From positions 113,523 through 177,522 of the forward strand of contig JBDRCO010000043.1 of assembly GCA_043821645.1 (NCBI GenBank): 64,000 bases of DNA. Reading direction: 5' to 3'. The notes below the pieces were generated by a model. It saw nothing but the letters and a program-made list of their open reading frames with translations, was not told where the DNA came from and did not search any database. Made by a program: the position numbers and the translations under genes. The stretch is from Pseudomonadota bacterium. Lineage in GTDB: Bacteria > Myxococcota > JACRCW01 > JAFGSX01. Below are positions 54,291 through 64,000 of the stretch, one piece after another; position 1 is the first letter of the stretch, and each line of letters starts with the position of its first letter.

Positions 54291-54500
54291 CGCAGAACAT
54301 CACTCACCTTTGCTGTCGACGAAGAAACGGACATCCGCGAGTCGCAGAACATGAGTCATCGTGTGGCGAGATGAAAGCTCTATCCAAGAAATGGGTGGGG
54401 ATAGTTTGACACCATACTCATAATTCGATTGCAGACGTAAATATGTCGTGTGCTATAGATAGTTTACTTACATCATCCCACCACGGCTACGAGGAGAAAC
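54291..54500 (+). promoter_or_regulatory. AT-rich divergent promoter region with direct repeats
   Basis: CGCAGAACAT at 54291 and 54343; GATAGTTT at 54400 and 54458; TTGACA at 54406; TGcTATAGA at 54451; GAGGAG SD. Confidence 0.5.
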
Positions 54501-55010
54501 ATGATCGACAAAGCAGCAAAGGCCATCGACGCAGCGATCAAGGATCTGGGCGACGAGTTGAAGAAGATCGAGAAGCAGATCGCATCGCTCAAGAACGCGC
54601 GGGCTTCCCTCGGCGGTGGGCGCGCACCCACCCGTGCAAAGAAGACCGCTTCTCCCAAGCGCGCGACCAAGAAGGCCGGGCGCAAGAAGGGCCGCAAGGC
54701 AGCCAAGAAAACTGCCAAGAAGGTGGCCAAGAAGGCGGGGAACAAGGGCTGGAGCAAGGCCGCTCGGGCCGCCGCGCGCAAGCGCATGCAGGCCTACTGG
54801 GCCAAGCGACGCGGTGAAAAGGGCGCGACTCCCAAGTCTGCCAAGAAGACGGGTCGCAAGAAGGCCGTCAAGAAGACCGCCAAGAAGGCAGCCAAGAAGC
54901 CAGGTAAGCCCGGTCGGCCGCGCAAGCAGATTGGCGGCGTGAGCACCAAGGTCAGCGGCAAGATGCTGTCGGCCTGGGAACAGTACAGAGCCAAGAAGCA
55001 GGGCGCCTGA
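54501..55010 (+). CDS. Histone H1-like Lys/Ala/Arg-rich putative nucleoid-associated protein
   Basis: GAGGAG SD; N-terminal heptad helix; AKKTAKK repeats; KPGRPRK; host-like codon usage. Confidence 0.75.
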   Translation: MIDKAAKAIDAAIKDLGDELKKIEKQIASLKNARASLGGGRAPTRAKKTASPKRATKKAGRKKGRKAAKKTAKKVAKKAGNKGWSKAARAAARKRMQAYWAKRRGEKGATPKSAKKTGRKKAVKKTAKKAAKKPGKPGRPRKQIGGVSTKVSGKMLSAWEQYRAKKQGA

Positions 55011-55031
55011 GGCGTGATCGGCAGACGCGCA

Positions 55032-55193
55032 TCAATCCAGCGGATCGAACTCACCTTTGCCCACGTAACATAGCGGGCACACCCAGTCATCCGGCAGATC
55101 CTCGAAGGCTGTGCCCGGCGCGATGGCAGCGTCGGGATCACCGCTTGCTGGGTCGTAAACATAGCCGCAATTGGTGCAGATGAACTTCGCCAT
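55032..55193 (-). CDS. Rubredoxin
   Basis: [20 protein letters not shown]...[17 protein letters not shown]. Confidence 0.93.
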   Translation of the reverse strand: MAKFICTNCGYVYDPASGDPDAAIAPGTAFEDLPDDWVCPLCYVGKGEFDPLD

Positions 55194-55228
55194 GCTTTCC
55201 CTTGCTGCGGGTGGGGTCTGGTCCGTAC

Positions 55229-58200
55229 TCATTCGAGCGTGAAATACTTGGCCTGCGGGTGATGCACGATGAAGGCCGAGGTGGTCTGCTCGGGCACCAT
55301 CTGTGCGTTCTCGGTCAAGGTCACGCCGATGCGTGCCGGATCCAGGATATCGAACAGCAGCTTGTTCTGGTCGAGGTCGGGGCAGGCCGGATAGCCAAAG
55401 GAGTAACGCGATCCGCGATACTTTTGCGCCACCAGCTCGTCCATGGTCTGGCCATCGTCACCCAGGAGCCCGAGCTCGGCGCGCACCTTCTTGTGCCAGA
55501 ACTCAGCCAGGGCCTCGGCGGTCTCCACGCTGAGACCATGCAAAAGGAGATAGTCCTTGTAGCGATCCTGTTGATACAGCTCCTGCTCGATATGTTCGGC
55601 CTGGGGGCCCACGGTCACCACCTGCAGGGCGATCAGATCGCGGCGGTCACCACCCACAGGCCAGAAATAATCAGCGATGCAGCGTCCGGGTGACTTGCGC
55701 TGTCTCGGAAAACGCAACCGGGTGAGTTCCTGGTCTCCCTTGGGTTGATAGATCACGACCTGATCGCCATCGCTGCATGCCGGATAGTAGCCGTAAACCA
55801 CCTTCGGCTGCAGGATGTGCTCGTCGCGGCACCGAGCCTTGAGGCGCTCGAATTCCGGCCGCACCGTGTTCTCGATCAGGTCCTCGTAGGCCTGCTTGTC
55901 CAGCGCACCGCGCCGGTATCCCCAGCGCCCGCGGAACAGCACCACCTCGGTCAAGAAGGGATAGATCTCGTCGAGCGCGATATCGCTGACAACGCGGCTC
56001 CCCCAGAAGGGAGGGGCAGGAACCTCGGTCTCACGGTGCAGTGGTTCGATGTTCTCCACACGCGCTGCGCTCGGACGGGGTGCAGGGCGCGCGCGAACCC
56101 TCGCCGCCTGGGCGCGTGCGGCCTCGGCCAGACTTCCGTCGGCGACCTGCTCCATGGCGCGCAGACCCGCAAAGGCGTCCGTGCAATACAGCACCGGTGC
56201 ATCGAGCGCGCTGGCGCAATGGTCGACCACGTACTCGGGAGTGAGCGCTGCCCCGCCGAGCAACACCGGGATGTGGACACCGCGGCGCTGCATTTCTTGC
56301 AGATTCTCTCTCATCACCACCGTGGACTTGACCAGCAGGCCACTGAGTCCGATGGCGTCGGCGGCGACCTCCTGGGCCTTGTCGAGCAGCGTGGTGACCT
56401 CGCAGTTGATGCCCAGATTGTGCACGGCGTATCCATTGTTGGTGAGGATGATGTCGACCAGGTTCTTGCCTATGTCGTGCACGTCACCGCGCACCGTGGC
56501 AAGGACCAGGCACTTGCGGGCCTGCCTGTCGCTGCGCTCCATGAAAGGTTCGAGCACACTCACCGCGTGCTTCATCACCTCGGCGGCCTGCAACACGAAG
56601 GGCAGCTGCATCTGTCCCGAGCCGAACAGCTCACCGACCTTTTTCATGGCCGGGATGAGCAGGGTGTTGACGATGTCGAGGGCAGGGATCTCGGCACGCT
56701 TGCGCTCCAGCAGCGCCTCGAGACCTGTCTTGACGCCGTCGATCACCGCACGCTGCAGGCGCTGGTCGAGGGTCAGGTTCTCCTCGGCCTCGCGCTCGAT
56801 CACGTGGCCGCTCTTGTGGTCGAAGTGCTCGATCAGCCGCAGCAGGGGGTCGCCCTCCCCTCGCTGCAGGATGAGGTCCAGCGCACGCTCTCGGTCGTCG
56901 TCGGCGATGCGGTACAGCGGCAACAGGCGGGCGGCATTGACGATGGCGGCGTCGAGCCCCGCCTGCACGGCCAGGTCGAGAAACACCGCGTTGATCACCT
57001 CGCGCGAGGCATCCTTGAGCCCGAAGCTGATGTTGGACACGCCGAGCACGGTGCGCACCCCGGGCAGATCGGCCTTGATCTGGCGGATACCCTCGAGGGT
57101 GTTGAGGCCGGCGTCGCGCAGCGCCGGGTCGCCCGAGCCGAGCGTGAAGGTGAGAGGATCGAACAGCAGGTCCTCGGGTTTCAGGCCTATCTCATCGACA
57201 GCAAGGGCGTGAATGCGTCGTGCCACGGTGCGCTTGCGCTCCACCGTCATGGCCATGCCGTGCTCATCGATGGTCAGGGCAATGAGGGCGGCCCCGTGAC
57301 GACGTGCCAGCTGACAGATGGCCCGGGCGCGCTCCTCGCCCGCCTCGAGGTTGACCGAGTTGATGAGTGCGCGACCGCCGCACAGCTCGAGCGCGGTCTG
57401 CAACACATTCAGGTCCGTCGAGTCGATACACAGCGGCAGGTCGACCTGGCGCACCAGACGCGACACCACCTCGCGCATGTCGCGCGCCTCGTCCCGGCCA
57501 GCCAGGGCCACGCACACGTCCAGGGCGTGGGCGCCACCGCGCGCCTGGCTGCGGCCCACAGCCACCACACCGTCCCAGTCCTCGTTGACCAGATGTTTCT
57601 TGAACTGTCGGCTGCCGTTGGCATTGGTGCGCTCGCCCACCAGGAAGGGCCTGGGATCCTGGTGCAAGGTGCGCGCACTGAACAGGCTGGTCACCGAAGG
57701 TGCGTGTGCTGGAGCACGAGGTGCAGGCATTTTGCCGTCGAGGGCTGTGCGCAACGCCTCGATGTGTGCCGGCGTGGTGCCACAGCAGCCCCCCACCGCG
57801 GAGGCGCCCTCCTCGACCACCAGCGGAACCAGGGCGCGGGCAAAGGCCTCGGGACCCAGTGGGTACATGGCCTGGCCGCCCTCGTTACGCGGGATGCCGG
57901 CGTTGGGTTGCACCAGCACGCTGCCGCCGAACTGCTGGCAGATGCGCTGCACGTAGGGACGCATGGCGTCGGGGCCCGTCGCGCAGTTCATGCCCAGCAG
58001 GTCGAGGTCGAAGGGCTCGAGGAGGGCCAGCACGGCGTCGACCTCACTGCCCACCAGCAAGGTCCCCGTGGTCTCGACGGTCACCGAGACCGCCAGGGGC
58101 AGGTCGCGGCCTGCAGCCTTCAAGGCGTCGCGGCAGGCACACAGGGCTGCCTTGATCTGCAGGGGATCCTGACAGGTCTCGACGAGAAGCAGGTCGGCGC

Positions 58201-58642
58201 CGCCGGCGATCAGACCCTCGGCCTGGCGCGTGTACGACCGCAGCAAGGTGGCGAAGTCGGTCTGGCCCAGCGAGACCAGGCGGGTTCCCGGCCCCAGGGA
58301 CCCGGCCACGAAGCGAGGTGTGCCATCCCTCGAACCGTCGACGGCACGACGCGCCACCTGGGCGGCAGCGTGGTTGAGTTCCTCGACCCTGTCCTCGAGC
58401 CCGTACTCGGCCAGCACCACCGCATTGGCGCCAAAGGTGTTGGTCTCCACGACCTCGGCTCCGGCCGCCACGTAGCGTGCGTGAATGGCCTGGATCGCGT
58501 CGGGCGCGGTCAGGTTGAGCAGCTCGTTACAGCCCTCCTGGCCCTGCCAGACCTCGGCGGGCAAGGCGAGCTCCTGGATCTGCGTGCCCATGCCGCCATC
58601 GAAGAAGAGCAGGCCCTGGCCTGCGCGGGTTCGAAAATCCAT
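55229..58642 (-). CDS. metH: Cobalamin-dependent methionine synthase
   Basis: [63 protein letters not shown]. Confidence 0.96.
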   Translation of the reverse strand: MDFRTRAGQGLLFFDGGMGTQIQELALPAEVWQGQEGCNELLNLTAPDAIQAIHARYVAAGAEVVETNTFGANAVVLAEYGLEDRVEELNHAAAQVARRAVDGSRDGTPRFVAGSLGPGTRLVSLGQTDFATLLRSYTRQAEGLIAGGADLLLVETCQDPLQIKAALCACRDALKAAGRDLPLAVSVTVETTGTLLVGSEVDAVLALLEPFDLDLLGMNCATGPDAMRPYVQRICQQFGGSVLVQPNAGIPRNEGGQAMYPLGPEAFARALVPLVVEEGASAVGGCCGTTPAHIEALRTALDGKMPAPRAPAHAPSVTSLFSARTLHQDPRPFLVGERTNANGSRQFKKHLVNEDWDGVVAVGRSQARGGAHALDVCVALAGRDEARDMREVVSRLVRQVDLPLCIDSTDLNVLQTALELCGGRALINSVNLEAGEERARAICQLARRHGAALIALTIDEHGMAMTVERKRTVARRIHALAVDEIGLKPEDLLFDPLTFTLGSGDPALRDAGLNTLEGIRQIKADLPGVRTVLGVSNISFGLKDASREVINAVFLDLAVQAGLDAAIVNAARLLPLYRIADDDRERALDLILQRGEGDPLLRLIEHFDHKSGHVIEREAEENLTLDQRLQRAVIDGVKTGLEALLERKRAEIPALDIVNTLLIPAMKKVGELFGSGQMQLPFVLQAAEVMKHAVSVLEPFMERSDRQARKCLVLATVRGDVHDIGKNLVDIILTNNGYAVHNLGINCEVTTLLDKAQEVAADAIGLSGLLVKSTVVMRENLQEMQRRGVHIPVLLGGAALTPEYVVDHCASALDAPVLYCTDAFAGLRAMEQVADGSLAEAARAQAARVRARPAPRPSAARVENIEPLHRETEVPAPPFWGSRVVSDIALDEIYPFLTEVVLFRGRWGYRRGALDKQAYEDLIENTVRPEFERLKARCRDEHILQPKVVYGYYPACSDGDQVVIYQPKGDQELTRLRFPRQRKSPGRCIADYFWPVGGDRRDLIALQVVTVGPQAEHIEQELYQQDRYKDYLLLHGLSVETAEALAEFWHKKVRAELGLLGDDGQTMDELVAQKYRGSRYSFGYPACPDLDQNKLLFDILDPARIGVTLTENAQMVPEQTTSAFIVHHPQAKYFTLE

Positions 58643-58661
58643 AGTGGCGATCCTATGCCGT

Positions 58662-59636
58662 TCAGCTGGCGCTGCGAAGGCGTGCTCCGAGGTGCCGGAA
58701 ATGACAACGCTGGTGGCGCTCGACAGCATCCTGCAACTCGATCTCGAGCTGGGTGCCGTTGAGAACATTCATCTCGTGCAGCAGGCCCGGGCTGGTGATG
58801 TTGATCTCGGACAGCAGCCCGTCGATCAGATCGACCGCCGCGAAGAGCACCCCGTGCGCGGCCAGCCAGGTGCCGACCTCCTCGAGGAGCGCGCGCTCGG
58901 GCGGTGTCAGCTCGCAGGCCTGCACCGAAGCCCCGGCGTCGAGGTTGGACAGGAACGCGCCTGGTCTGGGGACCTTGAGCATGCAGCCCGCCACCCTGCC
59001 GTCGATGACCATGGCGCGAAGCTCCCCCCGCGTCACACCAGGCAAGAAGCGCTGCACCATGACGTGCCCGCGGTTGTCGTCGAGAACCCGGGGCAGGGCT
59101 GTCTGCAGCTCAGTGCCGGACTCGAGAAGGATCACGCCCTGACCGCTGCAGCGATACAGGGGTTTGAGCACGGCGCGGCCACCCACCTCCGCGACGAAAT
59201 TCGAGATGGCGTCGACATCGGCACTCACCAGGGACTCCGGTGCGTGCGCGCCGAAGCGCAGGATCAAGAGCTTCTCGTTGAGGTTGCGCAGCGCCAGGGG
59301 GTCGTTGACCACCAGCGTGTGCGCGCTGGCGAGTTCGAGGACCTGGGTGGCGAGGTAGTAGTTCATGTCGAAGGGAGGATCCGTGCGCATGTGCACGACG
59401 TCGAAGTCGGCCATGACCAGGTTCTGTGCCGATCCCAGCTCGAGCGACGCCCCGCAGAGGCCCGGGCTCACCGGTCTCGCCCACGCACGCGGCTCGCCAT
59501 CGCGCAGACTCAACTCCGCCACGGTGCACAGCCAGGCCTCCCCGTGGCGGCGCCACAGCTCGCGCAGCATCAGCGGGGTGGTATCTCTGTCCACCTTCCA
59601 CTTGCCCACGGGATCGGCCACGAACAGGGCACGCAT
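58662..59636 (-). CDS. gshB: Glutathione synthetase (ATP-grasp)
   Basis: DTT..M, MRTDPPFDMNY, VVNDP..LRNLNEKL, LKPL, SNLDAGA, EINITSPG. Confidence 0.82.
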   Translation of the reverse strand: MRALFVADPVGKWKVDRDTTPLMLRELWRRHGEAWLCTVAELSLRDGEPRAWARPVSPGLCGASLELGSAQNLVMADFDVVHMRTDPPFDMNYYLATQVLELASAHTLVVNDPLALRNLNEKLLILRFGAHAPESLVSADVDAISNFVAEVGGRAVLKPLYRCSGQGVILLESGTELQTALPRVLDDNRGHVMVQRFLPGVTRGELRAMVIDGRVAGCMLKVPRPGAFLSNLDAGASVQACELTPPERALLEEVGTWLAAHGVLFAAVDLIDGLLSEINITSPGLLHEMNVLNGTQLEIELQDAVERHQRCHFRHLGARLRSAS

Positions 59637-59781
59637 CGCTCACCTCGCGACGCGATTATGATTCGCGCGCATTGTGGCGACAATGTAATCATGCAGCGCT
59701 GCCGCGCTTGGAGCGGATCAGCCGGCGATCCGTCCGGGGAGCCAGCGACAGGTCCGCGGGGCGCCCGCCAATGGAGGAGAT

Positions 59782-61206
59782 GTGCGAAAAGCCAAGATCG
59801 TCGCCACTCTGGGTCCTGCCAGCCGCGATCCCGCGATCCTGTCGCGCCTGATCCGGGCGGGCGTGGATGTGGCAAGGCTCAACTTTTCCCACGGCACCCA
59901 TGCGGAGCACGAGGCCCTGTTTCATGCCGTTCGCGCAGCCGCGGCGGAGGCTGGGCGACCGGTGGCCATCCTCGCCGACCTGTGCGGTCCCAAGCTGCGC
60001 CTGGGCAAGGTCGAGGGCGGCGCGGTGTTGCTCGAGAAGGGTGCCACCATCGAGATCGTGAGCGGGCAAGGGGACTCCTTTGTCGGTACCAGTCAGCGCG
60101 TGTCCACCAGCTACGACGAGCTGGCGCGAGACGTGCGCCCTGGCCACCGCCTGCTGATCGATGACGGCCGCATCGTGCTGCGGGTGAAGGAATCCGCGGG
60201 CGACGTGGTGACCTGCCAGGTCGAGGTCAACGGGGTGCTCAAGGACAAGAAGGGCCTCAACCTGCCGGGTGTGGCCCTGAGCGTGCCCTCGCTGACCCCC
60301 AAGGACAGGGACGACCTGCGCTTTGCCACCGCCCTGGGTGTCGACTACTTCGCGCTGTCTTTCGTGCGCTGTGCCGACGACGTGAGGGCGGCCAAGCTGC
60401 TGGCTGGCGATGTGCCGGTCATCGCCAAAATCGAGAAGCCCGAGGCCATCGACCACATCGAGGAGATCGTCGATGCATCGGACGGTGTCATGGTGGCTCG
60501 CGGCGATCTCGGCGTCGAGGCAGGTTTCGAGAAGGTGCCGCTGCTGCAGAAGCGCATCATTCGCACCACCAACCGCCGCGGCAAGGTGGTGATCACCGCC
60601 ACCCAGATGCTGGAGTCCATGGTGCAAAACCCGGCGCCGACCCGCGCCGAGGTCTCGGATGTCGCCAATGCCGTGCTCGACGGCACCGACGCCCTCATGC
60701 TGTCCGGCGAGACCGCGGCCGGGGCCTACCCCGTCGAGGCCGTGGAACAGATGGACACCATCATCCGCGAGGTCGAGGGCAGCGATCTCTACGCCTCCCT
60801 GCCGGCTCCCGAGGAGCTGCTCTACCCGACCTTCTCGACGGCCATCGCCGATGCCGCCGTGCGGGCGGCGCGCGACATCGATCTCAAGGCCATCGCGGTG
60901 TACACCGAGACCGGACACTCGGCGGCAGTGGTCAGCGAGTACAGACCCCGGGCCGCCATCGTGGCCCTCAGCAGTCACCAGGTCGTGCTCAACCGCCTCG
61001 CCCTGCAGTGGGGCGTGCTGCCCCTGAAGAGCGAGTGGGTCGAAACCCTCGACGCCCTGTTCGATCAGGCCGAGCGTGTCCTGGTGGGTCAGGGCCTGGT
61101 CACCGCCGGCGACTCGGTGGCGATCACTTTTGGCATGGAGCGCGGCAGCTTCGCGCGCACCAACACGTTGAAGTTATGGACCGTGGGTGCGCCCCAGGGA
61201 CAGTAG
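59782..61206 (+). CDS. pyk: Pyruvate kinase
   Basis: KIVATLGPAS, RLNFSHG, DLCGPKLR, IAKIEKPEA, MVARGDLGVE, ATQMLESM, MLSGETA. Confidence 0.96.
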   Translation: MRKAKIVATLGPASRDPAILSRLIRAGVDVARLNFSHGTHAEHEALFHAVRAAAAEAGRPVAILADLCGPKLRLGKVEGGAVLLEKGATIEIVSGQGDSFVGTSQRVSTSYDELARDVRPGHRLLIDDGRIVLRVKESAGDVVTCQVEVNGVLKDKKGLNLPGVALSVPSLTPKDRDDLRFATALGVDYFALSFVRCADDVRAAKLLAGDVPVIAKIEKPEAIDHIEEIVDASDGVMVARGDLGVEAGFEKVPLLQKRIIRTTNRRGKVVITATQMLESMVQNPAPTRAEVSDVANAVLDGTDALMLSGETAAGAYPVEAVEQMDTIIREVEGSDLYASLPAPEELLYPTFSTAIADAAVRAARDIDLKAIAVYTETGHSAAVVSEYRPRAAIVALSSHQVVLNRLALQWGVLPLKSEWVETLDALFDQAERVLVGQGLVTAGDSVAITFGMERGSFARTNTLKLWTVGAPQGQ

Positions 61207-61327
61207 CGGAGGCCGGGACCGAGAAGTTCGAAGCCACCGCTCCCGGTGCTAAGATTCGGTCCGGATCTGTGCCGCACGGATGTGCGCAAGAGTGAGGGGC
61301 TTCCGGGTGACAGCGACGTCGGACACC

Positions 61328-62731
61328 ATGCACAGCGACCCCTCTGCCCTGGCAGAGCTCGACCGAGCCTGGCGCAGCGACGAGGGCGGCGGATTCTCGA
61401 ACTTGGTGACGCGAGGTGCCGAGGCCCTGCGCAGTGGTGATCTGGAGACGGCGCTCGGCGCACTGCAACATGCCGAGGTGCTGAACCCGGACGATCACCA
61501 GGTGCAGAACTTGCTGGGCCTGGCCCTGTACAAGGCCGGGTCCCTGGCCGAGGCCGAGGCGCGTTTTCATGTCCTGCTTGAGCGCTATCCCGATGATGTG
61601 ACCCTGCGCATGAACCACGCCATGGTCCAGATCAAACGCGCTTCGTTTGCCAGTGCGCGCGAGGACCTGAAGCGCGTGCTTCAGCTGCGGCCGGATCACA
61701 AGCGCGCTGCGGGCTACCTGGGTCTGGCCTGCGAGCAGCTCGGCGAGCTGGCCGCCGCCGCCCGCGCCTACCAGCTGGCCGGGAACTTTCCCGCGGCCGA
61801 GCACGTGCTGAGGCGGCATGCGGACCGGGTCGCCGGTGGTGCCGCACGGACGCCCCCAGCCGAGGCCGAACCAGTGCCGTCCCCGCCAGAGCTTGCGGCG
61901 CATGCACCCCCACCGACACCTCCCGAGGTCCCTCGCCCCGTCGCCACCGCGGTCCCTGCTCCCGTCGTCACCGCGCCGCCAGTTGCCGCCACGGAGCCCC
62001 GTCCCGACAGCGAGAGCCATACCCACCCCAGCAAGGTCACCGATCTGGTCGCTGGCGCTGGGCACGCGGCCCAGGAAACGAATGGTCGCAATGACGTGAT
62101 CGACCTCGGCGATGTGGCACCACTGGAATCCACAGCACGGGTGACCCTGCTTGACGGCCTGGTGCTGCTGCGCCTGGACAGCGACGCCATGCTGCGGGGC
62201 GATCTCTGGGTCGGCCGTTTCGGCGACCTGGACTCCGAGCCTGCCCTGCGCCGCGCTCGAGGCGCGGAGACCGACCAACCACTGGGGGGGGCGCATCCCC
62301 TCATCTCGGTGCGCGGGTCCGGGACTGCCCTGCTCCGCGTCGACGAAGCCATCGCCGTCACCGCGACCCTCGACGGCGAACTGTTCGTCGTCGAGCCTCG
62401 GCTGCTCGCCCTGCTCGGACAGTGCCGACACGAGACCGCGCGCCTGGTCATGCCCGACGGCGCCGCACTGTCCCTGCTCCGCTTGCGTGGCCAGGGGCAG
62501 GTCGTGCTCAGTGCCGACCGTCGCCCGGCACGCTTGCGCATCACCCTGGGCATCCCTGTGGTGGTGCTGGCCTCGTCGCTGCTCGCCTTCGTGGGCAAGG
62601 TGCTACCCCGGGTGGCGCCACCCGGACCCCGGAGCGCCAACTCACCACCCATGCTGCACCTGCTCGGTGAGGGCGAGGCCTGGGTCGATGGGGGCTCCCA
62701 GCTTCCCTTCGAGGTGGTGTCCAAGGAGTGA
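61328..62731 (+). CDS. TPR repeats + Pro-rich linker + AIM24-like beta domain
   Basis: About four TPRs; PEPVPSPP linker; ISVRGSGTALL...LRLRGQGQVVL...LHLLGEGEAWV triplicated beta motif. Confidence 0.6.
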   Translation: MHSDPSALAELDRAWRSDEGGGFSNLVTRGAEALRSGDLETALGALQHAEVLNPDDHQVQNLLGLALYKAGSLAEAEARFHVLLERYPDDVTLRMNHAMVQIKRASFASAREDLKRVLQLRPDHKRAAGYLGLACEQLGELAAAARAYQLAGNFPAAEHVLRRHADRVAGGAARTPPAEAEPVPSPPELAAHAPPPTPPEVPRPVATAVPAPVVTAPPVAATEPRPDSESHTHPSKVTDLVAGAGHAAQETNGRNDVIDLGDVAPLESTARVTLLDGLVLLRLDSDAMLRGDLWVGRFGDLDSEPALRRARGAETDQPLGGAHPLISVRGSGTALLRVDEAIAVTATLDGELFVVEPRLLALLGQCRHETARLVMPDGAALSLLRLRGQGQVVLSADRRPARLRITLGIPVVVLASSLLAFVGKVLPRVAPPGPRSANSPPMLHLLGEGEAWVDGGSQLPFEVVSKE

Positions 62732-62856
62732 CTCCGGCGCCTGCGCCCCTGTGCACGCCCGGAGCAGCCGCTCCGATCTCGCTCGCCAGCGACCAGCACC
62801 TGGGCTAGATCATCGAGCCGCGCGCATCCCTGACGTCGCGCGCGAGGAGGTCCTCC

Positions 62857-64000
62857 ATGACCAAGCACACGGTGGTGTCCATGCCCGGCGACGGCATTGG
62901 CAAGACGGTTCTGCCCGAGGCGATCCGCGTCCTCGACAAGGTCGGCTTTGATGCCGAGTACGTGCACGGCGACATCGGCTGGGACTTCTGGTGCAGCGAG
63001 GGCAATGCCCTGCCACAGCGCACCGTGGATCTGCTCGAGAAGCATCGCCTCGGCCTGTTCGGCGCCATCACCAGCAAGCCCAACACCGAGGCGCAAAAGG
63101 AGCTGGACCCGTCGCTCAAGGACAAGGGCTTTGTCTACTACAGCCCCATCGTTGGCATGCGCCAGCACTTCAACCTCGACCTGTGCGTACGGCCCTGCCA
63201 GACCTTTGTCGGCAACCCCCTCAACTTCATCCGCAAGGGCACGGGCAGCAGCGTCGAGGAGCCCCGGGTCGACGTGGTGATCTTCAGGCAGGGCACCGAG
63301 GGCCTGTACTCGGGCGTCGAGTGGACCAACCCGCCGCCCGAGGTGCGCCGGGCACTCGAGACCCACAAGAAGATGGCCGCCTACAAGGACACACCGAGCG
63401 AGGACCTGGCCGTGTCGACCAGGATCTTCACGCGAAAGGCCTGCCAGCGCATCGGCCGCGCCGCCTTCGAGTACGCCAAGAAGCACGGCTACAAGAGCGT
63501 GACCATCTGCGAGAAACCCAACGTGATCCGCGAGACCTCGGGCATGATGACCCTCGAGGTCAAGAAGATCGCCAAGGAGTTCCCGGGCATCGCGGTGTGG
63601 GAGACCAACATCGACGCGCAGATGATGTGGCTGACCAAGAACCCCGAGGACTACGGCGTCATCGTCGCCGGCAACATGTTCGGTGACATCGTCAGCGACG
63701 GCTTCGCCGGGCTGGTCGGTGGCCTGGGCTTCGCCGCCTCGGGCAACATCGGCGAGACCTGCGCGGTGTTCGAGCCCACCCACGGCTCAGCGCCCAAGTA
63801 CGAGAAGCTCAACCCCAGCATCGTCAACCCCATCGCCATGATCCTCAGCGCCTGCATGATGCTCGACCACGTCGGCGAGAACGACAGGGCAAAGCGGGTG
63901 CGCGACGCCATCGCCACCGTCGTCGCCGAGGGAAAGACCCGCTGCTACGACATGCTCAAGCTCAAGGGTGGCCCCGAGGCCATCGCCCAGGGCGCGTGCA
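62857..64000 (+). CDS. Isocitrate/isopropylmalate (beta-decarboxylating) dehydrogenase family protein (runs off right edge)
   Basis: Manual translation: GAGGAGG SD; MPGDGIG, LFGAITS, RQGTEGLY, EKPNV, GNMFGDIVSD, EPTHGSAPKY, NPIAMILSACMML. Confidence 0.9.
   Translation, partial: MTKHTVVSMPGDGIGKTVLPEAIRVLDKVGFDAEYVHGDIGWDFWCSEGNALPQRTVDLLEKHRLGLFGAITSKPNTEAQKELDPSLKDKGFVYYSPIVGMRQHFNLDLCVRPCQTFVGNPLNFIRKGTGSSVEEPRVDVVIFRQGTEGLYSGVEWTNPPPEVRRALETHKKMAAYKDTPSEDLAVSTRIFTRKACQRIGRAAFEYAKKHGYKSVTICEKPNVIRETSGMMTLEVKKIAKEFPGIAVWETNIDAQMMWLTKNPEDYGVIVAGNMFGDIVSDGFAGLVGGLGFAASGNIGETCAVFEPTHGSAPKYEKLNPSIVNPIAMILSACMMLDHVGENDRAKRVRDAIATVVAEGKTRCYDMLKLKGGPEAIAQGAC

Noticed and set aside
58643-58700. Cobalamin or SAM riboswitch upstream of metH
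   Set aside because: Only 19 bp intergenic; no B12-box or S-box sequence

Overview
High-GC bacterial chromosomal DNA, densely coding (about 45 CDS). It is most likely Myxococcota or a related deltaproteobacterial lineage, inferred from two eukaryotic-like Ser/Thr kinases, two MYXO-CTERM-like tails, a DUF4398/OmpA-TSP3 pair and an MshEN-REC protein. Housekeeping genes recognised: groES-groEL, dnaX, lolA, ahpC, monomeric icd, glgC, metH, gshB, pyk, a rubredoxin, an aldehyde dehydrogenase and a partial isocitrate/isopropylmalate-family dehydrogenase. These are interleaved with envelope and signalling genes. I saw no rRNA, tRNA, CRISPR array, integrase or transposase. The most unusual items are: (1) an OPA-family MFS transporter with a Cys-rich PDZ-like domain inserted in a predicted periplasmic loop, downstream of a secreted FG-GAP protein; (2) a coupled pair of apparently Tat-exported proteins, DUF362 plus an AmmeMemoRadiSam-type radical SAM enzyme; (3) an EndoQ(PHP)-UvrD fusion ending in a consensus beta-clamp motif, QLDLF; (4) an M16 peptidase pair in which both subunits lack HxxEH; (5) a kinase with tandem cNMP domains; (6) a histone-H1-like/AT-hook protein behind an AT-rich, repeat-bearing promoter; (7) a glycine-zipper gene split by a frameshift at a G5 run; (8) a recurring leaderless-promoter signature. 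All assignments come from motifs recognised by eye; no database searches were run.
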